NCBI GenBank assembly: GCA_934630905.1
Contig: CAKTXN010000003.1
Span: 2,838-66,837 of the forward strand
Reading direction: 5' to 3'
Origin: an uncultured Eggerthellaceae bacterium
GTDB lineage: Bacteria; Actinomycetota; Coriobacteriia; Coriobacteriales; Eggerthellaceae
Length of the DNA: 64,000 nt
The notes under the pieces were generated by a model, which saw only the letters and a list, made by a program, of their open reading frames with translations, ran no database searches and was not told where the DNA came from. The translations under genes and the position numbers were made by a program. How positions within the stretch are numbered: position 1 is the stretch's first letter; the number at the start of each line of letters is the position of its first letter. Of the stretch, positions 27,051 through 36,350 are shown one piece after another.

Positions 27051-27168
27051 CTATTCCAAATTTATGTAACATGTTAAGTTTTTTCGGAATAGATTGACTT
27101 TGTTTCATCGCCCTTGTATCGTCTTTCTATTCCAGATTTATGTAACATGTTAAGTTTTTTCGGAATAG
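27051..27168 (+). repeat. two copies of a 42-bp palindromic unit CTATTCC-N28-GGAATAG with inner TAACATGTTA
   Basis: Copies at 27051-27092 and 27127-27168 match at 41 of 42 positions and start 76 bp apart. The second ends 10 nt before the ATPase B start codon. Confidence 0.9.
27094..27122 (+). promoter_or_regulatory. candidate sigma70-type promoter between the two palindromes
   Basis: TTGACT (27094-27099), a 17-nt spacer, then TATCGT (27117-27122). Confidence 0.4.
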
Positions 27169-27178
27169 AGGAACGAGC

Positions 27179-28435
27179 ATGCAGTCGAAAAGGGAAGAGT
27201 ATCTTGCAAAACTTGCGAAGAAGCGTTTGAGTCCGTACATTAAAGTTATTACAGGTATTCGTCGTTGCGGAAAAAGCTATCTGCTTAAGACGCTCTATCG
27301 CGACTATCTTCGTTCTGCTGGTGTTGATAATCGGCAGATTGTTTCCGTAGAGCTTGATGATGACAGGTTTGAAGAGCTGCGCGATAAGAACGCCCTTCGA
27401 AGCTATATCGAGAATAAATGTTCCGATGACAGTCTGCAGTACTATGTATTCATAGATGAAGTGCAGATGGCTGCGGGGTTTGAGGGCGCGATTATCTCGC
27501 TCAATAATCATCCTAACTACGATATGTACATTACCGGCAGTAACTCCGAGTTCCTGTCCAGGGATATATCTTCAAAGTTTCGGGATCGTGGAGACGAAAT
27601 CAGAATACATCCGCTCTCGTATAAAGAATTCTACGACGTATACCAAGGTGATAAGCGCTTCGCTTTGACGGATTACTTGACCTTTGGCGGTATGCCTCGC
27701 CTTATAAATGAGTCGGACGCTGTGGAGAAGATGGCCTATTTGGTCAACCTGGTTGAAAACACCTACCTGGCAGACGTGGTTGAACGCAATCACGTCCGCT
27801 TGCCCGAGGAAATGGGGGCACTTTTTGACGTTCTGTGTTCTACAACGGGCTCGCTGGTGAATCCCAGCAGCCTGGCGGGGACATTGCTTTCGGAAAAACA
27901 CGTCAAGATAGATGGGAAGACTGTCTTTTCCTATATGGAGCACTTTGAGAGAGCATATCTATTAGAGATAGTTAAAAGATTCAACATCAAAGGCAAAAGT
28001 TATTTGAAAAGCAGCTTCAAGTGCTATCCAGAAGATGTTGGACTCCGGAATGCTCGACTCAACTTTCGCCAGCTTGATCAAGGGTTTGGTATTGAGACGG
28101 TTGTTTATAACGAGCTTCGTCGCAGGGGGTATCGTGTTGATGTTGGCATGATTGAAACAAGGGAGCGCGACAAGGAGGGTAAGCAGGTTTACAAGCAGAA
28201 TGAGGTTGATTTTGTCGCTCGGCTTGCCAGCAAGGAATATTACATCCAAGTCATGGATAAATCTCCTTTGGGTCAACATGGTGCAAACGAGTACGGCAAT
28301 CTCTTGAAGGTTCCAGGGTCCTTCAAGAAGATTGCTGTAGTAAACGAGCCGTTTCGGGCATACACCAACAGCGACGGCATACTTGTGGTTTCTCTGGAGG
28401 AGCTCTTGCTTGAACGCGATTCTCTTGATTGGTGA
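27179..28435 (+). CDS. AAA+ ATPase (AAA_14/DUF4143 type) with C-terminal PD-(D/E)xK-like motifs, paralog B
   Basis: 418-aa ORF with GAGGAA upstream. Walker A is ITGIRRCGKSYLL and Walker B is VFIDEVQ. The C-terminus reads VVYNELRRRGYRVDVG...EVDFVARLASKEYYIQV. It is AT-richer than its flanks. Confidence 0.8.
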   Translation: MQSKREEYLAKLAKKRLSPYIKVITGIRRCGKSYLLKTLYRDYLRSAGVDNRQIVSVELDDDRFEELRDKNALRSYIENKCSDDSLQYYVFIDEVQMAAGFEGAIISLNNHPNYDMYITGSNSEFLSRDISSKFRDRGDEIRIHPLSYKEFYDVYQGDKRFALTDYLTFGGMPRLINESDAVEKMAYLVNLVENTYLADVVERNHVRLPEEMGALFDVLCSTTGSLVNPSSLAGTLLSEKHVKIDGKTVFSYMEHFERAYLLEIVKRFNIKGKSYLKSSFKCYPEDVGLRNARLNFRQLDQGFGIETVVYNELRRRGYRVDVGMIETRERDKEGKQVYKQNEVDFVARLASKEYYIQVMDKSPLGQHGANEYGNLLKVPGSFKKIAVVNEPFRAYTNSDGILVVSLEELLLERDSLDW

Positions 28436-28536
28436 TTTTCTCATCGCTTGGTGCTTTCGACAGGAGGTCGTGCGGTCGTTGTTTCTCAGGGCTGAAAATG
28501 GCAATGGAGGATACGGCTGGCGTTGTACGGGAGCGT

Positions 28537-28649
28537 CGATGTTGTCAAATTGTTGTCAAATTACCCCACCTTTTGTCAACAATTGCCCGCTAAATCCACG
28601 GGACGAACGAAGCTGCGTGCTTGAGGCTAGAGGCGAGTTGTTACGCGCG
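28537..28649. repeat. right copy of the ~105-bp direct repeat flanking ATPase B
   Basis: See 26833-26937. It has an extra internal duplication (TTGTCAAATTGTTGTCAAATT). It overlaps the last 3 codons (stop included) of the 28641 gene. Confidence 0.9.
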
Positions 28650-29153
28650 TTTCGGGAGTTTCTTCAGCAGCGCCCAAGCCTTTTGCTTCAAATCGGGTTT
28701 GGCAAGCATCGCCTCAAACGAGGAAAACGTTACCGCATCGCGTCCCAAGATGCGCGTATATGCGTTCGGCGAAAGCTGAAAACGATGCAGTTCTTTTGCG
28801 TCTTGACCGCGATAAATCGCTTCTTGCGCGACGCGATAGGCCTGTTCCAGCGCGCGTACCGCATCTTTATCGGCAGCGACAAGTGCAAGAGGATCAATTC
28901 CTTCGATGAGCGAAAAAAGCTGCTTGGCGTTCAGCGCGTCACGGCCACGAGGCTCAATCACAACGAAGGAGCAGTTTTGCGCGCCGTATCCGAGCGCTTG
29001 GGCAGAGCTCGCAAGCGCTTTCTTCGCATTTTCGCCCAAAGGCGCTTGCGAAACAACGCAAAACAGGGGCGTGAAGGCATCGGCGCTGCCGCCCGCGAGC
29101 TCCACATGGCGCGCGTAACGGTCGAGCACGGTATCGCGAGCGACGGAATACAT
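28641..29153 (-). CDS. hypothetical protein
   Basis: The track ORF runs 28641-29435. The N-terminal 94 codons look non-coding. I provisionally trimmed to MYSVARDTVLDRY, but no SD is present, so the start is uncertain. No family was recognised. Confidence 0.4.
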   Translation of the reverse strand: MYSVARDTVLDRYARHVELAGGSADAFTPLFCVVSQAPLGENAKKALASSAQALGYGAQNCSFVVIEPRGRDALNAKQLFSLIEGIDPLALVAADKDAVRALEQAYRVAQEAIYRGQDAKELHRFQLSPNAYTRILGRDAVTFSSFEAMLAKPDLKQKAWALLKKLPKRA

Positions 29154-29412
29154 ATTACTTTTAGCGGAAAAATTCACACCGACCCCTGATAAACCTGTTG
29201 CAAATTCAAATGTATGATTAATAATAGCACCAGATAGGAATGGCAAGGTCAAGAGCGCAAAACCACGGATTTTCTCCTGCGCTTGGACCGCGCGTTTCCT
29301 TTGCGCAATAAAAGAACGGTACAATGCGAAATTGCGCATTACCGCGCTAGGTGTGAAAAGGGCCGCGGAGGCGCAGGCTCCGGCGGCGTTCGCAAAAAGA
29401 AAGAGGGTTCCC

Positions 29413-29667
29413 ATGTGCACAAACGGTGTAAACATCGGTCAATTCGATCAGATGATTGAGCAAATCAGCGATCACATTAAGCTGGAGCGTCGTTGGACGC
29501 ATAGGCTTGCCCATCAGGCAGAAGATACCGGTTTCGAGAAAGCGCATCGCAAGATGCACGAAGCACAGGCGCTGCTTGACGAGGCTCTGGCCATGCTTGA
29601 CGAGGCAAAGGACCTGCTGGAAGAAGACGCAGAAGACGCCAGCGGTGTGAAAGTGAGCCTGGTCTAA
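29413..29667 (+). CDS. small helical protein (84 aa) abutting nikR
   Basis: AAGAGGG lies upstream of the ATG. The TAA stop is immediately followed by the nikR ATG. The sequence is rich in His, Glu and Ala with heptad-like spacing (HRKMHEAQALLDEALAMLDEAKDLLEE). Confidence 0.45.
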   Translation: MCTNGVNIGQFDQMIEQISDHIKLERRWTHRLAHQAEDTGFEKAHRKMHEAQALLDEALAMLDEAKDLLEEDAEDASGVKVSLV

Positions 29668-30090
29668 ATGGCGCCCGAGCTTGCGCGTTTTTCGGTGGCA
29701 ATGCCGGTCGACTTGCTTGAACGTTTCGATGACCTGGTGGAACGTCGCGGCGTGGCGAAAAACCGTAGCGAAGCCGTGCGCGACTTGGTACGCGATGCCC
29801 TTATTGAAGAGGAGTGCGCGACACCCGATTCCATGGTTTTTGGGTCGCTGACCATCGCTTACGATCATCATGCGAATGACCTGCAGGAAAAACTGCACAG
29901 CATTCAGCACCATCACTGCGATGCCGTTATTTCTACGATGCATGTGCATTTGGATGCCCATTTTTGCTTGGAAGTCATCATTCTGAAAGGGAAGATGGCG
30001 CTGGTCCAAGAGATTGCCGACATGATTTTAGGCTGCAAGGGCGTGAAAAACGGCCGATTGGTTGTCACGAAAATCGACGAGCACATGTAG
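29668..30090 (+). CDS. nikR: nickel-responsive transcriptional regulator NikR
   Basis: The N-terminus is ribbon-helix-helix (RFSVAMPVDLLERFDDLVERRGVAKNRSEAVRDLVRDAL). The C-terminal metal-binding domain carries HHAND...HHHCDAV...HVHL. Confidence 0.85.
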   Translation: MAPELARFSVAMPVDLLERFDDLVERRGVAKNRSEAVRDLVRDALIEEECATPDSMVFGSLTIAYDHHANDLQEKLHSIQHHHCDAVISTMHVHLDAHFCLEVIILKGKMALVQEIADMILGCKGVKNGRLVVTKIDEHM

Positions 30091-30422
30091 CGCCGGATGC
30101 GTCTGCGTCTGCGGCTGCGGGTGCGTCTGCGGTTTCGTCCGCGGGTTCGGTCTACGGGTGCGGTTTCGCCCGCGGGCGCGTGTGCTAAAGGCAGCCGGAT
30201 GCCGCACCGCTTGCGCTGCCTGCGCCGCCTTCGCTAATACGCTGGCTTTTGGCTGGCGCCCGCCGCGCCTCCTGCACCTGTTACAGTATGTTCGCGGCGC
30301 CCGTTGCGCCTACGGTGTATCATGCTGACCTGCCAGTATTCTGGCGGGTGCATTCAAGTGCGTATTTTAGCTTGGCGATCCGCGAATAAAGCCTGCGAGT
30401 CTGCAGGTAAAAGGAGTTTTCT

Positions 30423-31442
30423 ATGGACGAGAAAGTCATGCTGGGCCACGGAAGCGGCGGCTCCATGATGAAACGCATCATTGACGAGGTGTTTTTCCGG
30501 GCATATGCTGGAGAAGAACTGCTCACGGGAAACGATGCCGCAGTGCTGAGTGTGCCCGAAGGTAGCCGTCTTTCCTTCTCTACCGATAGTTTCGTGGTCA
30601 CCCCCCATTTCTTCCCCGGCGGCGATATTGGCCGCTTGGCGGTGTGCGGAACGGTAAATGACGTAGCAACAAGTGGCGCCACGCCTCTTTATCTGAGCTG
30701 CGGTTTCATTCTTGAAGAGGGGTATCCCATTGCCGATTTGAAGCGCATTTGCGCCTCTATGGCACAAGCCGCGAAAGAAGCCGGCGTGCGCATTGTCACG
30801 GGCGATACGAAGGTGGTCAACCGCGGTCACGGCGATGGCGTATTCATCAACACGAGTGGCGTGGGCGTGCTGCGCGAAGGCGTGAACCTGGGCGGCCAAT
30901 ACTGCCAGCCAGGCGACAAGGTCCTGGTCACGGGCACTATGGGCGATCACGGCATCACTATTATGAGCCAGCGCGAATCTCTGAGCTTCTTTGCCGATGT
31001 GAAAAGCGATGCGGCACCGCTGAACCACCTTATTGCAAACGTGGTTGAAGCGGCCCCCGATGTGCGCTGCTTCCGCGATCCTACGCGCGGCGGTCTGGCT
31101 TCCACGCTCAATGAGCTGGCGGCGCAGGCAAACGTGGACATAACCATTGATGAGTCCGCCGTGCCCGTGCTTGATGCCGTGCGTGGCGCGTGCGAGATGC
31201 TGGGCTACGATGTGATGCAGGTCGCCAACGAGGGCAAGATGGTGTGCGTTGTTCCCGCAGATCAGGCGCAAGCGGCCCTGGATGCCATGCATGCCAGCAC
31301 ATATGGCGAAAATGCTGCCATCATCGGCGAGGTCACGCCGTCAACGGAAGGCCGCGGCAACAAGGTTTTCCTGCGCACCGCGTTTGGCAGCACCCGCGTT
31401 CTTGACATGTTGGTGGGCGAACAGCTTCCTCGCATTTGCTAA
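30423..31442 (+). CDS. hypE: hydrogenase maturation protein HypE
   Basis: 339-aa ORF with AAAGGAG upstream. Motifs seen: MLGHGSGG, TGDTKVV, and the C-terminal PRIC motif. Confidence 0.9.
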   Translation: MDEKVMLGHGSGGSMMKRIIDEVFFRAYAGEELLTGNDAAVLSVPEGSRLSFSTDSFVVTPHFFPGGDIGRLAVCGTVNDVATSGATPLYLSCGFILEEGYPIADLKRICASMAQAAKEAGVRIVTGDTKVVNRGHGDGVFINTSGVGVLREGVNLGGQYCQPGDKVLVTGTMGDHGITIMSQRESLSFFADVKSDAAPLNHLIANVVEAAPDVRCFRDPTRGGLASTLNELAAQANVDITIDESAVPVLDAVRGACEMLGYDVMQVANEGKMVCVVPADQAQAALDAMHASTYGENAAIIGEVTPSTEGRGNKVFLRTAFGSTRVLDMLVGEQLPRIC

Positions 31443-31581
31443 AAGTAACCGTTCCTCTGAAACTTTGCATAAATGCCGCGATATGCTTGCAAAAAAGGGC
31501 GTGTTTGGTATTTTGTGCAGCATTGCGGTTTTGCCCCGAAGAAGTTTTTAACATGGATGGATTTATGAGAGAGAGGTCTTC

Positions 31582-31770
31582 ATGGCACATCCTATTATTG
31601 ATGCTGATGAGTGCATTGGATGCGGTATTTGCGTTGACGCATGCCCGAATGGCGTTCTTGAAGTAACGGGCGGTACGGTTGAGGTTGAAAACGAAGACGC
31701 TTGCGTTGCCTGCGGCGATTGCGTAGAAGAGTGCCCCATGGGCGCTATCACCGACGTAGCCGAGGATTAA
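31582..31770 (+). CDS. 2x[4Fe-4S] ferredoxin
   Basis: 62-aa ORF carrying CIGCGICVDACP and CVACGDCVEECP. Confidence 0.85.
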   Translation: MAHPIIDADECIGCGICVDACPNGVLEVTGGTVEVENEDACVACGDCVEECPMGAITDVAED

Positions 31771-31877
31771 TTCCCGCGCTGTCGGCATTGATGCATGAGA
31801 AGCAGAAGACGCCGATGAAACGCCGGCCGGCTTCGTGCATATGCCATCAACAACAACGAGCAAAGCTCAAAACAATG

Positions 31878-31909
31878 AATCCCCTGACAAGCTCAGGGGA
31901 TTTTCTTTT
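31878..31909 (+). terminator. rho-independent terminator after the ferredoxin gene
   Basis: Stem AATCCCCTGA ... TCAGGGGATT followed by TTTCTTTT. Confidence 0.75.
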
Positions 31910-31974
31910 CCGTGGTGCTTTCGCAGCGCTTCTGCGGTGACCGATCGCTCGCTTGATGGGCCGCTGCCAGTTGC

Positions 31975-33294
31975 CTATCTTTGCGTAAGAAGAAATGCCA
32001 GGTAATGCGGCAGTGTTAGTATTTCTCCTGTACGGCCGATATTCAGGTCGGCAAGCTTTATGGCTGATTCCACGTGATATTTCTCGGGATGCTTGAGGAT
32101 GGTTTTTATGCTTTTTGCATTACCATCGTTGGCTTTTACTTCAACTGGCACACACTTTCCTTTGTAGCGAATCACAAAGTCAAGCTCAAGACCAGAATCC
32201 TTTCTGAAGTAATAAAGCTTCCTGCCCATTTTTGAGAAGATGTCTGCGATAAGGTTCTCGTAGATGCCGCCTTTATAACTAAAAAGATTGCCGTTAAGAA
32301 TATCGAACTGGGTTCCATCTTCAAGCATGCTCACGAACAGACCAGTGTCCGCCATGTATATCTTGAACTGGTCGTCTATTGCGTTGCCGTCCAAGGGAAG
32401 CTCAGTAATGGACAGATTGTTGCATCGGGTGATTATGCCCGCATCCTCAATCCATTGAAGGCTGCCTGCGAAGCGAGCGGCGGTTGACCCTTTTTTTGCC
32501 AGCGAATACTGGAATTTCTTGTTTTCTTTGGCCAACTGCCTTGGGATTGACTGGAAGCATTGTTTGATGAGCGACTTGTCTGCTGCTGGGGCGTATTTCA
32601 CCATGTCGTCTTCGTAGGCACGTACGATATCGCGCTGAATGCGCAACACGCTTGCCATATCGCGATTGTCCACGAATGACTGAACGGCGTCGGGCATGCC
32701 GCCTACCACGGTATATTCCAGTAGCAGCGAGCGCATACGGGAATGCAAAGCCGGCGGAACCGGCGTTTCGGCTTCGAGATGGGAACGAAGCATCTCAATC
32801 ATTGAATCGGATATATCGTTTGCCCAGCAAAACTCTTCAAAGTCCAGCGGATGCATGCTTATAAGTGTTTCATAGCCCACGGGAACAGAGGCTGGCTCTT
32901 TACCGTAGCCAGCCACTCCAAGGAGCGATCCCGTGCCAATGACATCATAGCGTCCATCAAGGCTGAAGAACTTAAGAGCCGTGCGCGCTTGCGGGCATTC
33001 TTGTATTTCATCAAGAATCAGGACCGTTTCCCCTGGCACGAAGCGCGTTGAGGCACCAAGATACGCAGAGGCCATCATGGTGATTTGGTCTACGTCCAGC
33101 GACCCTGCGAAGATATCTTTTGCACCTGGGTTTTCAAAGAAATTGATGTAAACAACATTACGGTAATTTTCCTGAGCGAAGTGCAATGCAGCAAACGTCT
33201 TTCCGCATTGCCTGCACCCCTTGATAATTACTGGCTTGTGGTTGGGTTCGACTTTCCATGCCAAGAGTTGATCTATGATTTTTCTCTTTAACAT
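31975..33294 (-). CDS. AAA+ ATPase (AAA_14/DUF4143 type) with C-terminal PD-(D/E)xK motifs, paralog C
   Basis: 439-aa ORF. Walker A is IKGCRQCGKTF and Walker B is LILDEIQECPQA. The C-terminus reads IYENLIADIF...LELDFVIRYKGKCVPVEVKA. It is AT-richer than its flanks. Confidence 0.8.
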   Translation of the reverse strand: MLKRKIIDQLLAWKVEPNHKPVIIKGCRQCGKTFAALHFAQENYRNVVYINFFENPGAKDIFAGSLDVDQITMMASAYLGASTRFVPGETVLILDEIQECPQARTALKFFSLDGRYDVIGTGSLLGVAGYGKEPASVPVGYETLISMHPLDFEEFCWANDISDSMIEMLRSHLEAETPVPPALHSRMRSLLLEYTVVGGMPDAVQSFVDNRDMASVLRIQRDIVRAYEDDMVKYAPAADKSLIKQCFQSIPRQLAKENKKFQYSLAKKGSTAARFAGSLQWIEDAGIITRCNNLSITELPLDGNAIDDQFKIYMADTGLFVSMLEDGTQFDILNGNLFSYKGGIYENLIADIFSKMGRKLYYFRKDSGLELDFVIRYKGKCVPVEVKANDGNAKSIKTILKHPEKYHVESAIKLADLNIGRTGEILTLPHYLAFLLTQR

Positions 33295-33320
33295 ATCATT
33301 AGCTTTCTACCTGGGACGAT

Positions 33321-33448
33321 AAACTTTTTCAAGCGACTTTTTCGTAAATTATAAACTTTTTCAAGCGACTTTTTTGGAAATCTGCAACTTTTACAAGGGA
33401 CTTTTTCGCGTTTCAGCAATTTTTCCAAGGGACTTTCGGGTGCACTTC
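33321..33448 (-). repeat. 4 x 32-bp tandem units directly upstream of ATPase C
   Basis: Plus-strand units start at 33321, 33353, 33385 and 33417: AAACTTTTTCAAGCGACTTTTT twice, then CAACTTTTACAAGGGACTTTTT and CAATTTTTCCAAGGGACTTTC. The period is exactly 32 bp. Each unit has an ACTTTTTC sub-repeat 11 bp apart. Confidence 0.9.
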
Positions 33449-33577
33449 TTCCTGAGTTCGATCCGCTGTGTCTCTCGGACTCTTCTCCTGCGGCGATTTT
33501 GTTCGTTTCCGATTTGCCTTGAACGAACATTTTATAAACCGAAAGTAACAGAATTTAAACGCGATAAAGAAACAAAC

Positions 33578-33606
33578 TTGACAGTACATGACTAAGATTT
33601 TATATT
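33578..33606 (+). promoter_or_regulatory. candidate dnaK operon promoter
   Basis: TTGACA (33578-33583), a 17-nt spacer, then TATATT (33601-33606), 67 nt upstream of the dnaK ATG. Confidence 0.55.
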
Positions 33607-33672
33607 GACGCTAACAAAAAAAGAACTGTGCCTTTACGGTACAGAAAATCATCAGTGAAAGGACTGATAACA

Positions 33673-35577
33673 ATGGCAAAGATTCTCGGTATTGACTTGG
33701 GCACTACCAATTCCGCGATGGCAGTTATGGAAGGCACCACGCCTGAAATCCTGGTCAATGCGGAAGGCGATCGTACCACCCCTTCTGTTGAGGGCTTCCG
33801 TAAAGACGGTGAGCGTGTGGTAGGTAAGGCTGCAAAGAACCAGGCAGTTACCAATCCCCACAACACGGTTTCTTCTGTAAAGCGTTTCATTGGTCGTTCC
33901 TACAACGAAACTCAGGAAGAGCAGAAGACCGTTTCCTACAAGGTTGTTTCCGGTAAGGGCGGTCGTGCGGTTATCGACATTGACGGCAAGGAATATACGC
34001 CCGAAGAGATTTCCGCAATGGTGCTTCAGAAGATGAAGAACGATGCTGAAAAGCGTTTGGGCGAGACCATCACCCAGGCTGTCATCACCGTTCCTGCTTA
34101 CTTCAACGACGCTCAGCGTCAGGCAACAAAGGACGCTGGCAAGATTGCTGGCCTGGAAGTTCTGCGTATTGTGAACGAGCCGACGGCTGCTGCTTTGGCT
34201 TACGGCCTTGACAAGGTGAACAAGGACGAAAAGATTCTTGTCTTCGACTTGGGCGGCGGTACGTTCGACGTTTCCATTCTTGAGTTGGGCGATGGCGTTT
34301 TCGAAGTTGCAGCTACCAATGGCGACAACCACTTGGGCGGCGACGACTGGGATCAGCGCATCATCGATTGGCTTGCTGACAAGTTCCAAAGCGATCAGGG
34401 CGTTGACCTGCGTAAGGATCCCATGGCTCTGCAGCGTTTGAAGGAAGCATCCGAGCGCGCGAAGATGGAGCTTTCCGCAACCAGCCAGACCAACATCAAC
34501 CTGCCTTACATCACCATGGATGCAACGGGCCCGAAGCACTTGGACTACACGCTGACCCGCATTGAGTTCGAGCGCATTACCAAGGATCTGCTGGAGCGCT
34601 GCAAGGTTCCGGTAGAGAAGGCCTTGAAGGATGCCGGTATGCGTGCTGGCGAGCTGGACGAAGTCATTCTGGTTGGCGGCTCCACGCGTATGCCCGCTGT
34701 TCAGGAGCTTGTTGAGCGCTTGACTGGCAAGAAGCCGAACATGTCCGTGAACCCCGATGAGGTTGTTGCAATGGGCGCAGCTGTTCAGGGCGGCGTTTTG
34801 TCTGGCGACGTTGAAGGCATTGTCCTTCTGGATGTTACCCCGCTTTCCTTGGGCGTTGAGACTTTGGGCGGCGTCATGACCAAGATGATTGATCGTAACA
34901 CCACCATTCCTGCACGTAAGACGGAGATTTACTCCACCGCGGCCGATAACCAGACCGCTGTTGAGATTCACGTTCTGCAGGGTGAGCGTCCTATGGCGGC
35001 CGACAACAAGACGCTGGGTCGTTTCCAGCTGACCGGCATTCCTGCTGCTCGTCGTGGTGTTCCTCAGATTGAGGTCACGTTCAACATTGACTCCAACGGC
35101 ATTGTGAACGTTTCCGCTAAGGATTTGGGCACGGGCAAGGAACAGCAGATCACCATTAGTGGCTCCACGGCTTTGTCCGACGATGAAGTTGATCGCATGG
35201 TGAAGGACGCCGAGGCTAACGCTGAAGCCGATGCAAAGCGCAAGGAAGAAGTTGAGGTTCGCAACAACTGCGACAGCTTGGCTAACGCAACCGAGCAGAC
35301 TATCAGCGAAATCGGCGACAAGCTTCCTGAAGACATCAAGAAGGATGCTCAGGATGCTATTGCCGAGGCACGCAAGGCTCTGGAAGGTACCGACCTTGAT
35401 GAGATCAAGGCTGCTCAGGAGAAACTGCAGCAGGCTGGTTACAAGCTGGCTGAAGTTGCTTACTCCACCGAGCAGGCACAGGGTGGCGCTGCAGGTGCTG
35501 CAGGTGCGGCTCAGGGCGGCAATGATGACGGTCCCATTGAAGCTGACTACGAAGTTGTTGACGACGACGAGAAATAA
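33673..35577 (+). CDS. dnaK: molecular chaperone DnaK (Hsp70)
   Basis: The start was trimmed to [24 protein letters not shown] is present and the full length is Hsp70-like. Confidence 0.97.
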   Translation: MAKILGIDLGTTNSAMAVMEGTTPEILVNAEGDRTTPSVEGFRKDGERVVGKAAKNQAVTNPHNTVSSVKRFIGRSYNETQEEQKTVSYKVVSGKGGRAVIDIDGKEYTPEEISAMVLQKMKNDAEKRLGETITQAVITVPAYFNDAQRQATKDAGKIAGLEVLRIVNEPTAAALAYGLDKVNKDEKILVFDLGGGTFDVSILELGDGVFEVAATNGDNHLGGDDWDQRIIDWLADKFQSDQGVDLRKDPMALQRLKEASERAKMELSATSQTNINLPYITMDATGPKHLDYTLTRIEFERITKDLLERCKVPVEKALKDAGMRAGELDEVILVGGSTRMPAVQELVERLTGKKPNMSVNPDEVVAMGAAVQGGVLSGDVEGIVLLDVTPLSLGVETLGGVMTKMIDRNTTIPARKTEIYSTAADNQTAVEIHVLQGERPMAADNKTLGRFQLTGIPAARRGVPQIEVTFNIDSNGIVNVSAKDLGTGKEQQITISGSTALSDDEVDRMVKDAEANAEADAKRKEEVEVRNNCDSLANATEQTISEIGDKLPEDIKKDAQDAIAEARKALEGTDLDEIKAAQEKLQQAGYKLAEVAYSTEQAQGGAAGAAGAAQGGNDDGPIEADYEVVDDDEK

Positions 35578-35603
35578 GAGCTTGTACGGTAGGTGTATGG
35601 ATT

Positions 35604-36251
35604 ATGACTGAAAAAGTTGAAAATACCGATCAGCGTGATGCTGGATTCCCTCCTAACCCCAGCACCGCTGCCGCTCAGGAAACTTCCGAGCCGCAAGGCT
35701 CGGAGGCGGCGGCAACCGACAATGCTGCAACCGATGAGGAAGCCGTTTTGGAAGAGGCAGAAGAGGTTCTTTCCGCAGTTTCCGAGCTTGAAGCTGCAAA
35801 GGCCGAGATTGAAGAGCTGAAGGAAAAGTACCTGCGCCTTCATGCCGAATGGGATACGTATCGTCGCCGTATGAATGAACAGCGCGAAGAGGATCGCAAG
35901 CGTGCCACCGAAAAGCTGGTGGAGAACATGATTCCGATCCTTGACGACTTTGAGCGCACCATTGATTACGGCACGAATAACGGCGAAGCGGGCATGCTCG
36001 AGGGCACCAAGGCCGTGCTGAACAAGCTGATTGACGCTTTGGGCAAGAGCGGCGTTGAGGTTTTGAACCCCGAAAGTCAGGCGTTTAACGCGCTTGAGGC
36101 TCAGGCGGTTCAGATGATTCCCGACCCGAGCGTTCCCGATGAAACGGTTGCGCAGGTATTCCAAAAGGGATACCGCATGGGTACGAAGGTGCTGCGTCCT
36201 GCTATGGTGGTTGTCACCAGTGGCGGACCGAAGCGCGAGGCAGAAGAGTAA
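35604..36251 (+). CDS. grpE: nucleotide exchange factor GrpE
   Basis: 215-aa ORF with an acidic N-terminus. Motifs seen: LRLHAEWDTYRRR, and GYRMGTKVLRPAMVVV. Its position is between dnaK and dnaJ. Confidence 0.9.
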   Translation: MTEKVENTDQRDAGFPPNPSTAAAQETSEPQGSEAAATDNAATDEEAVLEEAEEVLSAVSELEAAKAEIEELKEKYLRLHAEWDTYRRRMNEQREEDRKRATEKLVENMIPILDDFERTIDYGTNNGEAGMLEGTKAVLNKLIDALGKSGVEVLNPESQAFNALEAQAVQMIPDPSVPDETVAQVFQKGYRMGTKVLRPAMVVVTSGGPKREAEE

Positions 36252-36350
36252 TGGTCTATCAGGGCTTTTGCCCCGAAAGCACTACGAATAAACGTAAACT
36301 TACGGGGCGAGCGGTGTATGCTCGCCCCTGTTATTAGGAGATTGGATAAC

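Noticed and set aside
30095-30190. GC-rich quasi-tandem tract (GCGTCTGCG / GGTGCGG variants) between nikR and hypE.
   Set aside because: It is irregular low-complexity sequence with no defined unit, no protein-like ORF and no pairing partner. It is likely compositional.
33577-33596. Possible HspR operator (HAIR, CTTGAGT-N7-ACTCAAG) at the dnaK promoter: CTTGACAGTACATGACTAAG.
   Set aside because: It only partly matches the HAIR half-sites and is not a clean inverted repeat. It is reported only as overlapping the promoter call. No HAIR-like site was seen upstream of clpB.
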